From Methanomassiliicoccaceae archaeon (GTDB taxonomy: Archaea; Thermoplasmatota; Thermoplasmata; Methanomassiliicoccales; Methanomethylophilaceae), in NCBI GenBank assembly GCA_034928305.1, contig JAYFOZ010000001.1, positions 173,255 through 237,254 of the forward strand: a DNA stretch of 64,000 nucleotides, given 5' to 3'. The translations under genes and the position numbers were made by a program. Positions 10,487 to 19,071 of this stretch are shown here, in pieces (the stretch's first letter is position 1; each line of letters begins with the position of its first letter). The notes beneath the pieces are model-generated. The model searched no databases. It was not told where the DNA came from and saw only the letters and a list, made by a program, of their open reading frames with translations.

Positions 10487-10741
10487 TTAAAAAACCGGAA
10501 AATAATTTGGCGTTCCAGCATCCGCCGTGCATAAGATCCTTGGCATTCTCCGAATATGTCCGCTAACGTCCGTCCAAAGCGACCATCCTGTCACGATAAT
10601 ATCTTCAAAATGAACAGATGCATCAATCCACGGAAGACTTGAACACATACACTGATGTTGCACATCGCCGTCCCCGTCTGCGCGATGTGCATGTTTTTTA
10701 TCGAAACACGAGGTCCGCAGTTCTTCGCTACCGTTCATCAT
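10487..10741 (-). CDS. hypothetical 84-aa ORF upstream of trpE (doubtful)
   Basis: ORF only. Cys/His-containing, no recognisable motif. Confidence 0.15.
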   Translation of the reverse strand: MMNGSEELRTSCFDKKHAHRADGDGDVQHQCMCSSLPWIDASVHFEDIIVTGWSLWTDVSGHIRRMPRILCTADAGTPNYFPVF

Positions 10742-10812
10742 ACGGGCCCGAAAAATGCAAAGCGATGACTGGCGCTCTCAAAGCTTATAACTGCCGGATA
10801 ATATGACCGTCC

Positions 10813-11400
10813 ATGGACATCGATGCAATGATAGCATCAATCAAAGACCACTCTCCGGAGCTGGTCCTCGTCATCGGAGGTCTGCTTGCGATATTTATCG
10901 TATATCTGTACCTAAAGGACGAGGGATCGACCAAGTATAAGTTTGCTGTTTTCCTGGGGCTGGTGGCCGGCGTAGCGATGATATATATCGCGGCCGTCTC
11001 ATGGTCGGGGCTGGCACTTTCAACGGCAATAATCGTCGCCGTGGGTGGTTTTGCGCTTATCATCAGGCCGTTCCGCGAAGTGCATTTCTCGGTAATACTG
11101 GCACTTTTCGTGATGGTCATCGTTTACATATTGCTGGGCGAACTGGATGGCACGCTGGTCTACGGTATCGAAATATCGTTCCTCGCGTCGGGATACGTAA
11201 GGATAATCATAGCGCTGGTAGCGGGCGCGATAGTGTATATGATCACCAACTTCATCGAGGAGATCATACGTCTTTTCGGTAAGATCCTGAACTGGTGGCC
11301 GTTACTCATGATCCTCGGATTGCTGTGCTTGGTAGAGGGAGCGAGCGTCTTCCTAGGATACGGATCCGTGTACGGAATCTATCTGGATTATACTTCCTGA
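10813..11400 (+). CDS. hypothetical integral membrane protein (about 6 TM segments)
   Basis: 195 aa, strongly hydrophobic with repeated TM-length stretches. Confidence 0.6.
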   Translation: MDIDAMIASIKDHSPELVLVIGGLLAIFIVYLYLKDEGSTKYKFAVFLGLVAGVAMIYIAAVSWSGLALSTAIIVAVGGFALIIRPFREVHFSVILALFVMVIVYILLGELDGTLVYGIEISFLASGYVRIIIALVAGAIVYMITNFIEEIIRLFGKILNWWPLLMILGLLCLVEGASVFLGYGSVYGIYLDYTS

Positions 11401-11462
11401 GAGCCGTTGCGATATCATCTTTATGTAAACCTTTAAATCAGTAAAGGCGTTGTTGGGTGAGT

Positions 11463-11564
11463 GGGCCCGTGGCTTAGCCAGGATATAGCGCTGGCCTTCT
11501 AAGCCAGACGCCTCGGGTTCGAAAGTTTCATAAAAAGGAACCGAAATTCCCGACGGGCCCGCCA
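11463..11564 (+). tRNA. tRNA-Arg (anticodon TCT) with a 24-nt intron in the T-loop (between positions 59/60); CCA encoded
   Basis: Acceptor GGGCCCG/CGGGCCC, anticodon arm CTGGC-CTTCTAA-GCCAG, T-stem TCGGG/CCCGA enclosing 31 nt. Removing 11524-11547 restores the canonical T-loop TTCGAAT. Confidence 0.8.
11524..11547 (+). other. non-canonical tRNA intron defined by a bulge-helix-bulge motif
   Basis: Outer helix is the T-stem. 3'-strand bulge ATT (11546-48). Central 4-bp helix TTCG(11518-21)/CGAA(11542-45). 5'-strand bulge AAA (11522-24). Inner helix GTTTC/GGAAC with a 7-nt loop. Confidence 0.7.
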
Positions 11565-11607
11565 AAGGATGCCGCCCTCGGGGCAGGTGTCCAGGAAGGA
11601 AAATAAC

Positions 11608-11715
11608 ATGAAAAGAAGTTCACGCGCCTGGAAAAAACGCGGCAATCAGCGTTGGAAATGGCGCAAGAAGAAGATGAGAAGGAGAAAGAGAGCAGCTAAG
11701 ATGCGCAAGCAGTGA
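11608..11715 (+). CDS. rpl41e: 50S ribosomal protein L41e (35 aa, below ORF-track cutoff)
   Basis: Hand translation MKRSSRAWKKRGNQRWKWRKKKMRRRKRAAKMRKQ. The KRSSR-WKK..RWKW-KK..RR.KR pattern is typical of archaeal L41e. GGAAGGA lies upstream. Confidence 0.8.
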   Translation: MKRSSRAWKKRGNQRWKWRKKKMRRRKRAAKMRKQ

Positions 11716-11733
11716 TCACAGTCATTCTGACAA

Positions 11734-11904
11734 GGGAGTATAGGCTAACCTGGCAGACTGGCGGGCTCCAGTTATCGAGCGTGATTGAATTGAGGTTGCT
11801 GAAGTTATGATGAATAACTGGAGCGATGACTCAATAATTTCGCGGGGGGTAGCTCCCCCCGTGGTGGAAACCCGCTGACGGGGGTTCAAATCCCTCTGCT
11901 CCCA
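11734..11904 (+). tRNA. tRNA-Trp (anticodon CCA) interrupted by a ~98-nt intron after position 37
   Basis: Acceptor GGGAGTA/TGCTCCC, anticodon stem GCGGG(11761-65)/CCCGC(11871-75), loop CTCCAG|..|A, T-arm GGGGG-TTCAAAT-CCCTC. The D-arm and position-26 region fold imperfectly by hand. Confidence 0.7.
11772..11869 (+). ncRNA. tRNA-Trp intron with C/D-box-like elements and an 11-nt antisense guide to its own anticodon loop
   Basis: GTGATTGA (11781-88), CTGA (11799-802), ATGATGA (11807-13), guide ATAACTGGAGC (11814-24, complementary to 11765-75), then a degenerate D-like ATGA (11826-29). Confidence 0.55.
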
Positions 11905-11928
11905 CCTTGCGTATCTTAGAAGCATCTT

Positions 11929-11946
11929 GCCCCCCGAAAAGGGGGC
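11929..11946. terminator. GC hairpin plus T-rich tract between the convergent tRNA-Trp and DUF2075 gene
   Basis: GCCCCCC-GAAAA-GGGGGC, followed by CTTTCTCTTCTTTTTTCTTCT. Confidence 0.3.
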
Positions 11947-11985
11947 TTAACAACTTTCTCTTCTTTTTTCTTCTGATTGATATCT

Positions 11986-13890
11986 TTATTTTGTTTTCTT
12001 GAATCTGTTTATGCGCATTCTCAAATGTTCCTGCAAGGGCTTGTCCGTGCAGTAGATGTAGCATCCCTTCATTCCACGGGTCATCAGGGTGCGGTAAGTG
12101 TTGCGTATTATACGGTCGGCCACTTTCTCCTGTTCTTCAGGATTCTGGTATTTTTGTCTTAGCCCACGTAGCGACTGGTCCGTCCTGGCCCTTTTCGTGC
12201 GGTCCGTCACGACCTTTCCGTCCCTGTAGGCCAGGTCGTCTCCGATTATTATTCCGACATAATCGAATTCAAGTCCCTGGCACGTATGAATGCATCCGAT
12301 TTCGTGGATGGAGGCCTCATCTATGGCCCATGTGCCGGTGGAACCAAGATTCCAGCTCATTCCGAATTCGAAGTTCGGTATTCTCACATCATGGTATTCC
12401 GGATCGTCTTTTTTGTCCGATCTCCAATCCCAGCAATAACCGGCCACCATGCGCGACCTGTTAGCCGCGAGATTCTTTTCTTCGATGTAATGTCTGAGCT
12501 CGTTGGGATCATCGAACAGCCGGATATCATATTTGAAATCATCAACGGTGTCAAAGTTAGCGGTCTCGCGTATCCCTAATACTTCATCGACCCAGGCCAT
12601 ATAGCCATCCGACCCGTCGCACCTAAACTGCGAATCCAGCTCCATTCTTTTGACGCGAGCGCCCGAGGAACGGGCGGACCTCTCTATATTGTCGACCGTG
12701 CCTATATCGTCTAAAGTCACACGCTGGCTCTCATCGATGAAGAAAATGGATAATTTGGATGCATCGATGATTTCTTTGATCTGGTTCTCTCCTTTGTTCT
12801 TGAACATCCCTGATTTTTCCATCAAACGGTGGGATTCATCGACCAACAAGACATTGAAATCGCTCTTACCGCTGGCGACGAATGCACCCGAACCTTTGAA
12901 CATGTTTTTCACGCTTGTAACGCTGTGCGATAGGTTGCCCTTGCCCTCGCTCAGTTTCCGGAAGTAGACGTTTCTGGGGGCGCTGTTCTTTGTCACATAG
13001 GCGGCCACGTCCCCTTTCTCGGTTAATTTGGCCAGAAGATTGATTGCAAGGACCGATTTTCCCGTACCCGGGCCGCCCTCCACTATAATGACTCTTTTTG
13101 AGGAATCGGTCCTCGACATTTCTGCCTGGTCCAGTATCTCTTCGAAGGCCACTTTCTGTCCGTCTATCATTATGAATTCACGGTTGCCGTTCACAAGAGA
13201 AACTATGCAGTCCTGAAGCGATTTTGACGGGCGCAGCCTTCCGCCGTCTATCATCTCTATTACGTTCCCGCTGTCGCCGTGACGAATATATGTCTGGATA
13301 AACTTTCTGAGCCTGTTTTTATCGTGTATTCCGAACAAAGGGGCCTGGGTCATATAGAAATTATAGGCGGGATCCGTCAAAGGGTCCCTTTCCCCGATAT
13401 CATAGTTATGGAGATAGGCGCAGGGCCGCAATCTCAACTGCCCGTCCTGGACACAGATATTGTAATCGCTTATCACCTGCGCATAAGACCAAGCCTGAAA
13501 AGAGGGGTGCGTCGTTTCGTTCATGGAGCCACCGAGAATGGTCCTCACGATGCCGTCTTTCTCCACAACGGATTCCGCGACCGTCCATTGCTTGAGTTCT
13601 ATGACCACCGCCGAACCGATGCCTTCGTCATCGGTGCCGGTGATGATCATGTCCACTCTTTTTCCGGTGTACGGGATATTGTACTCCACCGCTACGCCCG
13701 CATCCTTCGGGACCTCCGATCTTCCGAGGACGATATACATATCGTTCAACGAGTTCTGCCAAGAGGAGAATTCGGAATGCGGTGTGGACCTTCCCATTTT
13801 TTCGTACACGGCGGCGCTCAGCTTTCCCGTCAACAGGCCGCTGTCGACGTCAGACTCGAAATCTGCCAATGTGCCGCTGTATATGATCAT
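11986..13890 (-). CDS. PD-(D/E)xK nuclease-like N-domain fused to a DUF2075 / SF1 helicase-like P-loop NTPase
   Basis: N-terminal VDMIITG...VVIELKQW (D..ExK). Walker A GGPGTGKS, Walker B LLVDESHRL and FFIDESQRV. C-terminal HTCQGLEFDYVGIIIG and YRTLMTRGMKGCYIY are typical of DUF2075. Confidence 0.7.
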   Translation of the reverse strand: MIIYSGTLADFESDVDSGLLTGKLSAAVYEKMGRSTPHSEFSSWQNSLNDMYIVLGRSEVPKDAGVAVEYNIPYTGKRVDMIITGTDDEGIGSAVVIELKQWTVAESVVEKDGIVRTILGGSMNETTHPSFQAWSYAQVISDYNICVQDGQLRLRPCAYLHNYDIGERDPLTDPAYNFYMTQAPLFGIHDKNRLRKFIQTYIRHGDSGNVIEMIDGGRLRPSKSLQDCIVSLVNGNREFIMIDGQKVAFEEILDQAEMSRTDSSKRVIIVEGGPGTGKSVLAINLLAKLTEKGDVAAYVTKNSAPRNVYFRKLSEGKGNLSHSVTSVKNMFKGSGAFVASGKSDFNVLLVDESHRLMEKSGMFKNKGENQIKEIIDASKLSIFFIDESQRVTLDDIGTVDNIERSARSSGARVKRMELDSQFRCDGSDGYMAWVDEVLGIRETANFDTVDDFKYDIRLFDDPNELRHYIEEKNLAANRSRMVAGYCWDWRSDKKDDPEYHDVRIPNFEFGMSWNLGSTGTWAIDEASIHEIGCIHTCQGLEFDYVGIIIGDDLAYRDGKVVTDRTKRARTDQSLRGLRQKYQNPEEQEKVADRIIRNTYRTLMTRGMKGCYIYCTDKPLQEHLRMRINRFKKTK

Positions 13891-13932
13891 CTGGGTCTGT
13901 AAAGCGATCTGAAGTTATATCGATTGTGAACC

Positions 13933-15297
13933 TCAGTTCCTGAAGCTGTGTATCGGCGCAGGTATCCTTCCGCCCCTGTTAACGAATCCTTCGCAACCGA
14001 ACTTGCTTACGGGCATGATCGGCGCAGAACCCAGCAGTCCTCCGAATTCAGCATGGTCTCCCGGCTTCTTTCCGATGACCGGTATGAGGCGGCATGCGGT
14101 CGTTTTCTGGTTAACCATTCCGATGGCCATCTCGTCCGCTATTATTCCGGATATGGTCTCCGCCGACGTATCGCCCGGTATGGCGACCATATCGAGACCG
14201 ACAGAGCAGACGCATGTCATAGCTTCCAGCTTTTCGATGCACAGCGCACCGCACTCGGCCGCGCGGACCATCGAACTGTCCTCGGATACAGGAATGAACG
14301 CCCCGCTCAGCCCTCCGACGTAAGAAGACGCCATGACCCCGCCCTTCTTGACCTGGTCATTTAGAATGGCCAGCGCCGCAGTCGTACCGGGGGCGCCGGT
14401 CATTTCGATGCCCATCTCTTCGATTATGTCGGCGATGGAATCCCCTATCTCCGGAGTGGGGGCCAAAGAGAGGTCCACGATCCCGAAAGGGACCCCGAGC
14501 CTCGCCGAGGCCTCCTTTGCGACAAGCTGTCCTGCCCTTGTAACTTTGAACGCAGTCCTTTTGATGGTTTCGCAGAGGACCTCGAAGCTCTCGCCCCTGA
14601 CCTTGGATATGGATGTCTTGACCACGCCGGGCCCAGATACGCCAACGTTTATGACGGTCTCCGGCTCGGTGACCCCGTGGAACGCGCCTGCCATGAACGG
14701 GTTGTCGTCGGGCGGATTACAGAAAACCACGAGCTTTGCACATCCGATCGAGTCTCTGTCTTTGGTGAGCTCTGCCGTTTCCAGGATTATGTCGCCCATC
14801 ATCCGTACCGCGTCCATGTTTATGCCTGTCCTCGTGGAGCCTGCAGCGACGGAGCCGCAGACCCTTTCGGTCGACGACAGCGCTTTCGGTATCGATCTGA
14901 TGAGCAGCCTGTCGGCGTTCGTCATTCCCTTTTGTACAAGTGCGGAGTATCCGCCGATGAAGTTTATCCCGATATCCTTGGCCGCCCTGTCGAGGGCTTC
15001 GGCGATCTTCACGAAGTCGTCCGGGGTCTTGCATGCACACGCCCCTACGATCGAGATGGGGGTGACCGAGACCCTCTTGTTCGTTATCGGGATCCCGTAC
15101 TCGAGGCCAATGTCGTCGCCGACGGAAACAAGATCTCTGGCCTTCTCTGTGATCTTTCTGTATATCTTTTCGCAAAGCCTGTCCAGGTCCGGGTCGCAGC
15201 AGTCCATGAGACTGATGCCCATGGTTATCGTTCTGACATCCAGGCTCTCGTCTTTGATCATAGAGTTGGTTTCAAAGATCTCTTCGAAATCGACCAT
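13933..15297 (-). CDS. UPF0210 / DUF711-family protein
   Basis: 454 aa with an N-terminus [12 protein letters not shown].. typical of UPF0210. Preceded in the operon by its usual ACT-domain partner. Confidence 0.75.
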   Translation of the reverse strand: MVDFEEIFETNSMIKDESLDVRTITMGISLMDCCDPDLDRLCEKIYRKITEKARDLVSVGDDIGLEYGIPITNKRVSVTPISIVGACACKTPDDFVKIAEALDRAAKDIGINFIGGYSALVQKGMTNADRLLIRSIPKALSSTERVCGSVAAGSTRTGINMDAVRMMGDIILETAELTKDRDSIGCAKLVVFCNPPDDNPFMAGAFHGVTEPETVINVGVSGPGVVKTSISKVRGESFEVLCETIKRTAFKVTRAGQLVAKEASARLGVPFGIVDLSLAPTPEIGDSIADIIEEMGIEMTGAPGTTAALAILNDQVKKGGVMASSYVGGLSGAFIPVSEDSSMVRAAECGALCIEKLEAMTCVCSVGLDMVAIPGDTSAETISGIIADEMAIGMVNQKTTACRLIPVIGKKPGDHAEFGGLLGSAPIMPVSKFGCEGFVNRGGRIPAPIHSFRN

Positions 15298-15301
15298 GCG
15301 A

Positions 15302-15574
15302 TCAGATCCTGTGCATCATGTTGAAGATATCTTCGTGCTGGGCCTGAATGATGCATCCGACCTTTTCACCCACTGCCTTTAGTCCATCCGAAAGTTCGGC
15401 GAAAGTCTTTCTGTACAGGTCTGTATCGACGATCATCATCATGTTGATGTAATCGCCCACCGTGGTCTGCTTTATGTCCAGGATGTTGATGTTGTTGTCT
15501 GCGAAGAAATTGCACACGGCGGCTATGATCCCGACGTGGTCCCTTCCTACTAATGTGACTATTGTCTTGCTCAT
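15302..15574 (-). CDS. ACT-domain protein (UPF0237 family)
   Basis: 90 aa, [33 protein letters not shown] signature. Canonical pairing with UPF0210. Confidence 0.75.
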   Translation of the reverse strand: MSKTIVTLVGRDHVGIIAAVCNFFADNNINILDIKQTTVGDYINMMMIVDTDLYRKTFAELSDGLKAVGEKVGCIIQAQHEDIFNMMHRI

Positions 15575-17139
15575 TTTACAGCCTTCCTTTCGTTGATCAT
15601 TATTGCGTATTCCAGCGAGTCCACGAGCGCTATCAGCGATGCTTCGATGACATTCTGGGAGACACCTACGGTCGTCCAGCTTTCGATGCCGTCGGTGGAG
15701 CGTATTAGGACCCTTACGGCGGCCGCTGTGGCGGCCTTCTCGTCCAGCACCCTGACCTTGTAATCGGAGAGGCGTATGCCGTTCAGTACGGGGTAGAATT
15801 TCGACAGCGCCTTTCTGAGGGCATTATCCATCGCGTTGACCGGACCATCGCCGTCGGATGCGGTATGCTCAATCTCTCCGTCGCTGTTCCTGACCTTGAT
15901 GCTGGCCTCGGAGATCAGCCTGCTGTTTTCAACCTCGTCTATGAACAGTCTGAAGCCTGCGATCGTGAAATAGGGTTTGAAATCGCCCCTGACACGTTTG
16001 ACGAGCAGTTCGAAGCTTGCGTCCGCTCCTTCGAACTGATATCCTCTGGATTCGAACTCTTTCACCGTTTCGGTTATGAGGCCGCTGTCGCTGCCGTCTG
16101 TACCGATCCCGAGCTCGTTCAGCTTCTCCATTATACTGGCCTTGCCTGACAGGTCGGATATGAGGACCCTGCGCTTGTTTCCCACGATCTCGGGCTTTAT
16201 GTGCTCATACGTCCTGGTATCTTTCTTCATTGCCGAAACGTGCATGCCGCCCTTGTGGGCGAATGCCTTCTCCCCTACATATGGCAGCGAAGGCGACGGC
16301 GCGGTGTTGGCGACCTCGCCTACGAACTTCGAAAGGTCCGTAAGCTTCGAAAGGTCCTTTACATTGGTGCTGCGCCCCATTTTAAGCATCAGGTTGGGTA
16401 TGATCGAACAGAGGTTCGCGTTCCCCGTCCTCTCGCCGATGCCGTTTATGCATCCTTGGACCATGGTCGCCCCTGCCCCCACGGCCGCCAGGGAGCATGC
16501 CACCGCGAGGTCTGAATCATTATGGCAGTGTATGCCCACCGCCGTGCCGTATCTGTTGCGCACCGCCTTCACGGCATCGGTGACGCGGTCCGGAAGCGTA
16601 CCTCCGTTAGTATCGCAGAGCACCAGCCACTCGGCGCCCGCGTCCGTTGCGGCCCCGAGCGCCTCCATAGCATACTCCGGATCGGAATAAAAACCATCGA
16701 AGAAGTGCTCGGCATCGAACATCACGCGCATCCCTGATCTCTTCAGGAATCTGACGCTGTCGCCGATCATTGCGAGGTTCTCCTCCTTAGTGGTGTTGAG
16801 CGCATGTACGACCTGGAAGTCCCAGGTCTTACCGAATATGCATGCCCACCCGGCCCCCGACGATACGATGGCCTTCAGGTTCGCATCGTCCTCGGCCTTG
16901 GTGTCGCGCCTGCGGGTGCTCCCGAAGGCCGTCACTTTAGTGTTCTTCAAGTCCATGTCCTTCGCTATGGCGAAGAATTCGTCCGTCATAGGATTGGACC
17001 CGGGCCATCCGCATTCGACGAAATCTATGCCGAATTCGTCCAGCTCGCGCAATACGTCTGCCCTGTCCTGCACCGAGAAAGATATTCCTTCGCTCTGTGC
17101 GCCGTCGCGGAGCGTGGTGTCGTAGATGATAACTGACAT
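15571..17139 (-). CDS. cimA: citramalate synthase / 2-isopropylmalate synthase family (CimA-like)
   Basis: IYDTTLRDGAQSEGISFS, HCHNDSDLAVA, and a C-terminal LeuA-type regulatory domain. The cimA versus leuA assignment is an inference. Confidence 0.7.
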   Translation of the reverse strand: MSVIIYDTTLRDGAQSEGISFSVQDRADVLRELDEFGIDFVECGWPGSNPMTDEFFAIAKDMDLKNTKVTAFGSTRRRDTKAEDDANLKAIVSSGAGWACIFGKTWDFQVVHALNTTKEENLAMIGDSVRFLKRSGMRVMFDAEHFFDGFYSDPEYAMEALGAATDAGAEWLVLCDTNGGTLPDRVTDAVKAVRNRYGTAVGIHCHNDSDLAVACSLAAVGAGATMVQGCINGIGERTGNANLCSIIPNLMLKMGRSTNVKDLSKLTDLSKFVGEVANTAPSPSLPYVGEKAFAHKGGMHVSAMKKDTRTYEHIKPEIVGNKRRVLISDLSGKASIMEKLNELGIGTDGSDSGLITETVKEFESRGYQFEGADASFELLVKRVRGDFKPYFTIAGFRLFIDEVENSRLISEASIKVRNSDGEIEHTASDGDGPVNAMDNALRKALSKFYPVLNGIRLSDYKVRVLDEKAATAAAVRVLIRSTDGIESWTTVGVSQNVIEASLIALVDSLEYAIMINERKAVK

Positions 17140-17140
17140 T

Positions 17141-18139
17141 TCATTCCTCTCTGTCGTCCAGCACGGATATCAGGTCGCTGAGTATCGCCGATGCGGTCTC
17201 CAGACGTCCGGCCCCGCGTCCGGTGATGGTGATCGGGCCGGCGAGGTCGCTGAGTATCTGCGCCGCGTTCAATGTCCCGGTGACAGCAAGCGGGTGCCCC
17301 CTGGGCACGAGTCTCGGTGCCACCTCTAACTTGGTATCGGTAACTTCTCCTATCAGGCGCACGACCATATTGCGCGATTTCGCGAGCGTGATGGCCTCTT
17401 CCGTGATGCCGGTTATCCCGGTTATCGAAACATCGGAGAAAGTGACGTTGCGGCCGAAGACAGAGTTAGCCAGGATCACGACCTTGCATGCGCTGTCGTA
17501 GCCCCCGACATCTCCTGTAGGGTCCGCCTCGGCATAGCCGAGCTGTTGCGCTTCCTTGAGGGCCTGTTCGAACGGCTGCCCGCTGTCCATTTTGCTCAAT
17601 ATATAGTTGCAGGTACCGTTCAGTATGCCGCGTATCGATAGTATCTTCTCTCCGACGAGATTGTCGTGGCAGAGGTTGATTATCGGCATTGCGCCGCCTA
17701 CGGAACCCTCGAACTTCAGCTTGCACCTGTTCTTCCTGGCAAGCGCTATCAGTTCCCCGAACTTCGTTGCAAGGGGCCCCTTGTTGGTGGTTATCACGTC
17801 CTTGCCGTGTTCGAGCGCGTGGACGATGTTCTTCAGACCCTGCCCTCCGGTCTCGTAGTTGGTGGGGCTGACCTCGACAAGTATGTCATAATCCACCGAG
17901 TCCAATATCTCGAGCGCGTCCTTGTACGTCTTGGTGCCGACCCGCTTCGTTTCCATCTTCCTGGACACAAGGTCCATCGGCGCAAGTCCTTCGGGATCGA
18001 CGATATAGGTTTTGGAATCCATCACTCCGACGATCTTCACATTCTCCCCGTAACGTTTCTTGAAGAACATTTCGCGCGACTCCAGCACTTCCGCGAAGCC
18101 CTGCCCCACCGTACCGAATCCGGCTATGAAGATGCGCAT
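17141..18139 (-). CDS. hom: homoserine dehydrogenase
   Basis: MRIFIAGFGTVGQG Rossmann N-terminus and a catalytic domain with FEGSVGGAMPII. Confidence 0.85.
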   Translation of the reverse strand: MRIFIAGFGTVGQGFAEVLESREMFFKKRYGENVKIVGVMDSKTYIVDPEGLAPMDLVSRKMETKRVGTKTYKDALEILDSVDYDILVEVSPTNYETGGQGLKNIVHALEHGKDVITTNKGPLATKFGELIALARKNRCKLKFEGSVGGAMPIINLCHDNLVGEKILSIRGILNGTCNYILSKMDSGQPFEQALKEAQQLGYAEADPTGDVGGYDSACKVVILANSVFGRNVTFSDVSITGITGITEEAITLAKSRNMVVRLIGEVTDTKLEVAPRLVPRGHPLAVTGTLNAAQILSDLAGPITITGRGAGRLETASAILSDLISVLDDREE

Positions 18140-18140
18140 A

Positions 18141-18632
18141 TCAAAGCCCCCTGATATACGTGATAGCGCTTTCCCGGCATGCGTGCCTTAGGAACATGTC
18201 CAACTTATCGAGGTCGTTTTCTTCGCGTACCTTCACAGATATCATCGCTGTGCGCTTCTCGTCATGGTTCTTCGACGAGTACTGGATGTCTACGGAGTCT
18301 ATCATGACCGCATGAGAGGCCTCGTCCATGAGCTGTTCGATGTACGAAGCTGTGATACGCCCTATCAGGAGATATTCCATCGAGAACGTGCTGTATACGG
18401 AACCTATGCTGGATATTATGATGTCCCTGGATTTCCATATGTCCTCCAGTCTTTTGAGCTGCGTCGTGTCCTCGACCTCGAAAGTGACGTTGAGCGAAAT
18501 CCTGTGATTGACTATCTGCTCGCGGTCGTGGACGACGCCCATGATGTTCCCGTCGACCATGGATATCGGTTCGAGGGAACCCACGAGCTGACCGGGGAGG
18601 TCTTTGACGTACAGTTCTGCGTTCACTATCAT
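18141..18632 (-). CDS. ACT-domain amino-acid-binding protein (co-transcribed upstream of hom)
   Basis: 163 aa, beta-alpha-beta-beta-alpha-beta-like repeats, 1-nt spacing to hom. Weak motif-level call. Confidence 0.55.
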   Translation of the reverse strand: MIVNAELYVKDLPGQLVGSLEPISMVDGNIMGVVHDREQIVNHRISLNVTFEVEDTTQLKRLEDIWKSRDIIISSIGSVYSTFSMEYLLIGRITASYIEQLMDEASHAVMIDSVDIQYSSKNHDEKRTAMISVKVREENDLDKLDMFLRHACRESAITYIRGL

Positions 18633-19054
18633 TTTTATCTGCTGAATATATGCCCCTCGTTAATTATATTATCGTCCGCGTGCGCGAAAAACGGGAATCC
18701 GCGACAAAACGGTCTGCAGAGCTGCAGCCTCTCGGCACCTATGCACGGTTTCGAGGTCGGACGTCTCTTCGCCGCAGGTCGGGGTCGGACGGCCTGCAGA
18801 GCAATATCTGGTAATTCAGGACCGCCGTACAGTGTTCATACTGTCCCATCGAAAATACCGGTGGCCGAACAACGCCCTGTCTCGTTTGTTCCGCCGGAGG
18901 CAAAGAATTTACTTTGCCATTCAAAGGTCCAGGCTGTTCAGGATCGCAGCTCGGTCGCAATGCCGCATTCTCTTGGAGAGGATAGGCCCCCTACCGGAAA
19001 GTACGCTCAGAGACGTTTGAGGTTTTAGGGAATGACCCAGTTCTTCAGTAGAGG

Positions 19055-19071
19055 ATGGATGATATATCCAA
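19055..19071. promoter_or_regulatory. 17-nt palindromic operator copy (ATGGAT-GATAT-ATCCAA) abutting a TATA-like AAATTATATA
   Basis: Lies 42 nt upstream of the NifH-like start at 19113. Same motif as at 24233, 24293, 24341, 32493, 32575 and 45847. Confidence 0.55.

Noticed and set aside
10387-10812. A trp leader peptide/attenuator or a TrpY-like regulator upstream of trpE, including the 84-aa ORF at 10487-10741.
   Set aside because: There are no tandem Trp codons in a short leader and no terminator/antiterminator pair that I could fold. The 84-aa ORF has no HTH or known motif. Only a TATA-like TTAAATATATA about 45 nt upstream of trpE is plausible.
11789-11802. A second functional C/D guide (ATTGAGGTTG + CTGA) in the tRNA-Trp intron targeting U39, as in Haloferax.
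   Set aside because: Position 39 here is C. The best complementarity I found is about 6 bp to the D-loop (TAACCT), which is too short to claim.
11353-12064. Minus-strand ORFs 11353-11565, 11722-11925 and 11831-12064.
   Set aside because: They overlap tRNA-Arg, tRNA-Trp and its intron, or the terminator spacer. The tRNA folds explain the sequence.
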